Shown: positions 62,871 to 64,000 of the stretch, in pieces
Position numbering within the stretch: the first letter of the stretch is position 1
Layout of the letters: each line of letters begins with the position of its first letter
Assembly (NCBI RefSeq): GCF_963921235.1
Contig: NC_086097.1
Location: 62,560,001-62,624,000, forward strand
Length of the DNA: 64,000 nucleotides
From: Mobula hypostoma
Taxonomy: Eukaryota
Reading direction: 5' to 3'
Made by a program: the position numbers and the translations under genes
The notes under the pieces: model-generated
The model's input: the letters and a program-made list of their open reading frames with translations, nothing else
Database searches by the model: none
Told to the model about the DNA's origin: nothing

Positions 62871-63573
62871 AGTAACAGGCACTGAACGCAGCGGTGAGAA
62901 AACCACCTTTCTCAAACTTCCTACATCGAGGGTCAGTATGACTTGAGTCTCACCAGACCGGAGTTCCAGGATGTCTTGAGCGCCTGAAAATACTGTCCAC
63001 ATGCAATTAGCTGTTGGCAAGAAATAGCAGATCATACACTGCATACAATTATAAAGAAAGTATATTTACAAATTTCTGCTTTATCGAACAGTTAGTAGGA
63101 AAAAGAAAAGAAAAAAATTTAAAAAGGCCCATTACAGTTAACCCAATCGAAATGTGCACTTAAGTTTGATCTAATCTTGAATTCTGCTGCTGGATTCACA
63201 GGCTGTGTGAAAGCATACACCACCTTCCAAATGTTACTCAAAATCCACGTCGAACCAACAGGCTCCCCAACTGGAGTATTGGTCCTTCCTCCTTGAAGAC
63301 ATTCATCTGCACCAAGTTCAACAGGGACAACATCCTCAGCCATCTTCCCTCCTGTCTTCTCCCAGCTCCCACCAAAAAGATCTCAACCCACATCAGTGTT
63401 AGTTACAGCGTTCTCTAAAAACTTCTTCTGATTCCTAAGTTGAACAACATCACCCCTTATCTTTAGCATGTTTCAAATCCAAACATGCTAAAAGTAAAAC
63501 AGGCTGCTCTTACAAAACTGCTAAAATGAAATGCCTATAGCATAGCAGTAAAAATCTTAACCAGGGTGTTACA
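62871..63573 (-). mobile_element. Probable solo LTR (about 700 bp)
   Basis: Right end reverse complement TGTAACACCCTGGTTAAG; left end (A)GTAACAGG forms a short terminal inverted repeat. Confidence 0.55.
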
Positions 63574-64000
63574 TTTCTATGGCGTAACATTAGTAATATA
63601 TAAACAGTATAATAAGCAATGCTGTATTAACACCTTTAATACATGTATGGAATGTGTGGATATTGTAAATGCATTCATGTGGGGTAGAAAAAGAGTTCAT
63701 AGGTAACAATGGAGAACAAAATACTGCCCTATGCATTTCACCTTTGCTCTGCCAATACCTGATCAAGCTGGTATTAGAGGGTATTAACTCTCTCATTTTC
63801 ACATACAGTACCTTTGCCAGAAGACATCTAATTGATATTCCTATATTTCAAAGGGAATTATATACTTGTATGAATATAATACTAAATGCATTATTTCACC
63901 ACACACTCCATGCTATTTGAGAGAGGAGCCTATTCATCCCCCGCTTTGTTATAATCCAAATATTCTCTTTGCTGAAGAGCCAGAACTGCTCTATATCTGA

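Noticed and set aside
1..64000. Most short ORFs in the supplied track as real genes
   Set aside because: They are antisense or alternate frames of TEs, or chance ORFs in AT-rich eukaryotic DNA; many start at non-ATG codons.

Overview
Eukaryotic, repeat-dense genomic DNA. The repeat mix (CR1 LINEs, V-SINE/HE1-like SINEs, Penelope-type hammerhead repeats, Rex1, RTE, L1, Tx1) points to a cartilaginous fish, probably a ray; this is inference only. Most of the window is transposon-derived: three long CR1 LINE copies (9003-12014 -, ~24220-27252 +, ~35290-37446 +) and many fragments; two internally deleted Tigger/pogo copies with a long internal palindrome; a Harbinger-type element; a mariner-derived multi-TIR structure; two deleted Gypsy elements plus solo LTRs; and Penelope remnants with hammerhead ribozyme motifs. 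No complete host gene is visible, but two (possibly three) minus-strand exons splice in frame into a protein I cannot identify. The most notable signals are: (1) an in-phase U_UUA_AAC -1 slippery site at the CR1 ORF1 stop that reads into an AUG-less ORF2, with two unrelated CR1 copies 5'-truncated just upstream of it; (2) an L1 twin-priming 5' inversion with a 16-bp TSD; (3) copy-specific matching changes in both arms of the Tigger hairpin; (4) hammerhead-bearing repeats reiterated at one target and apparently supplying splice acceptors. Boundaries of decayed repeats are approximate and family names come from motif recognition, not database searches.
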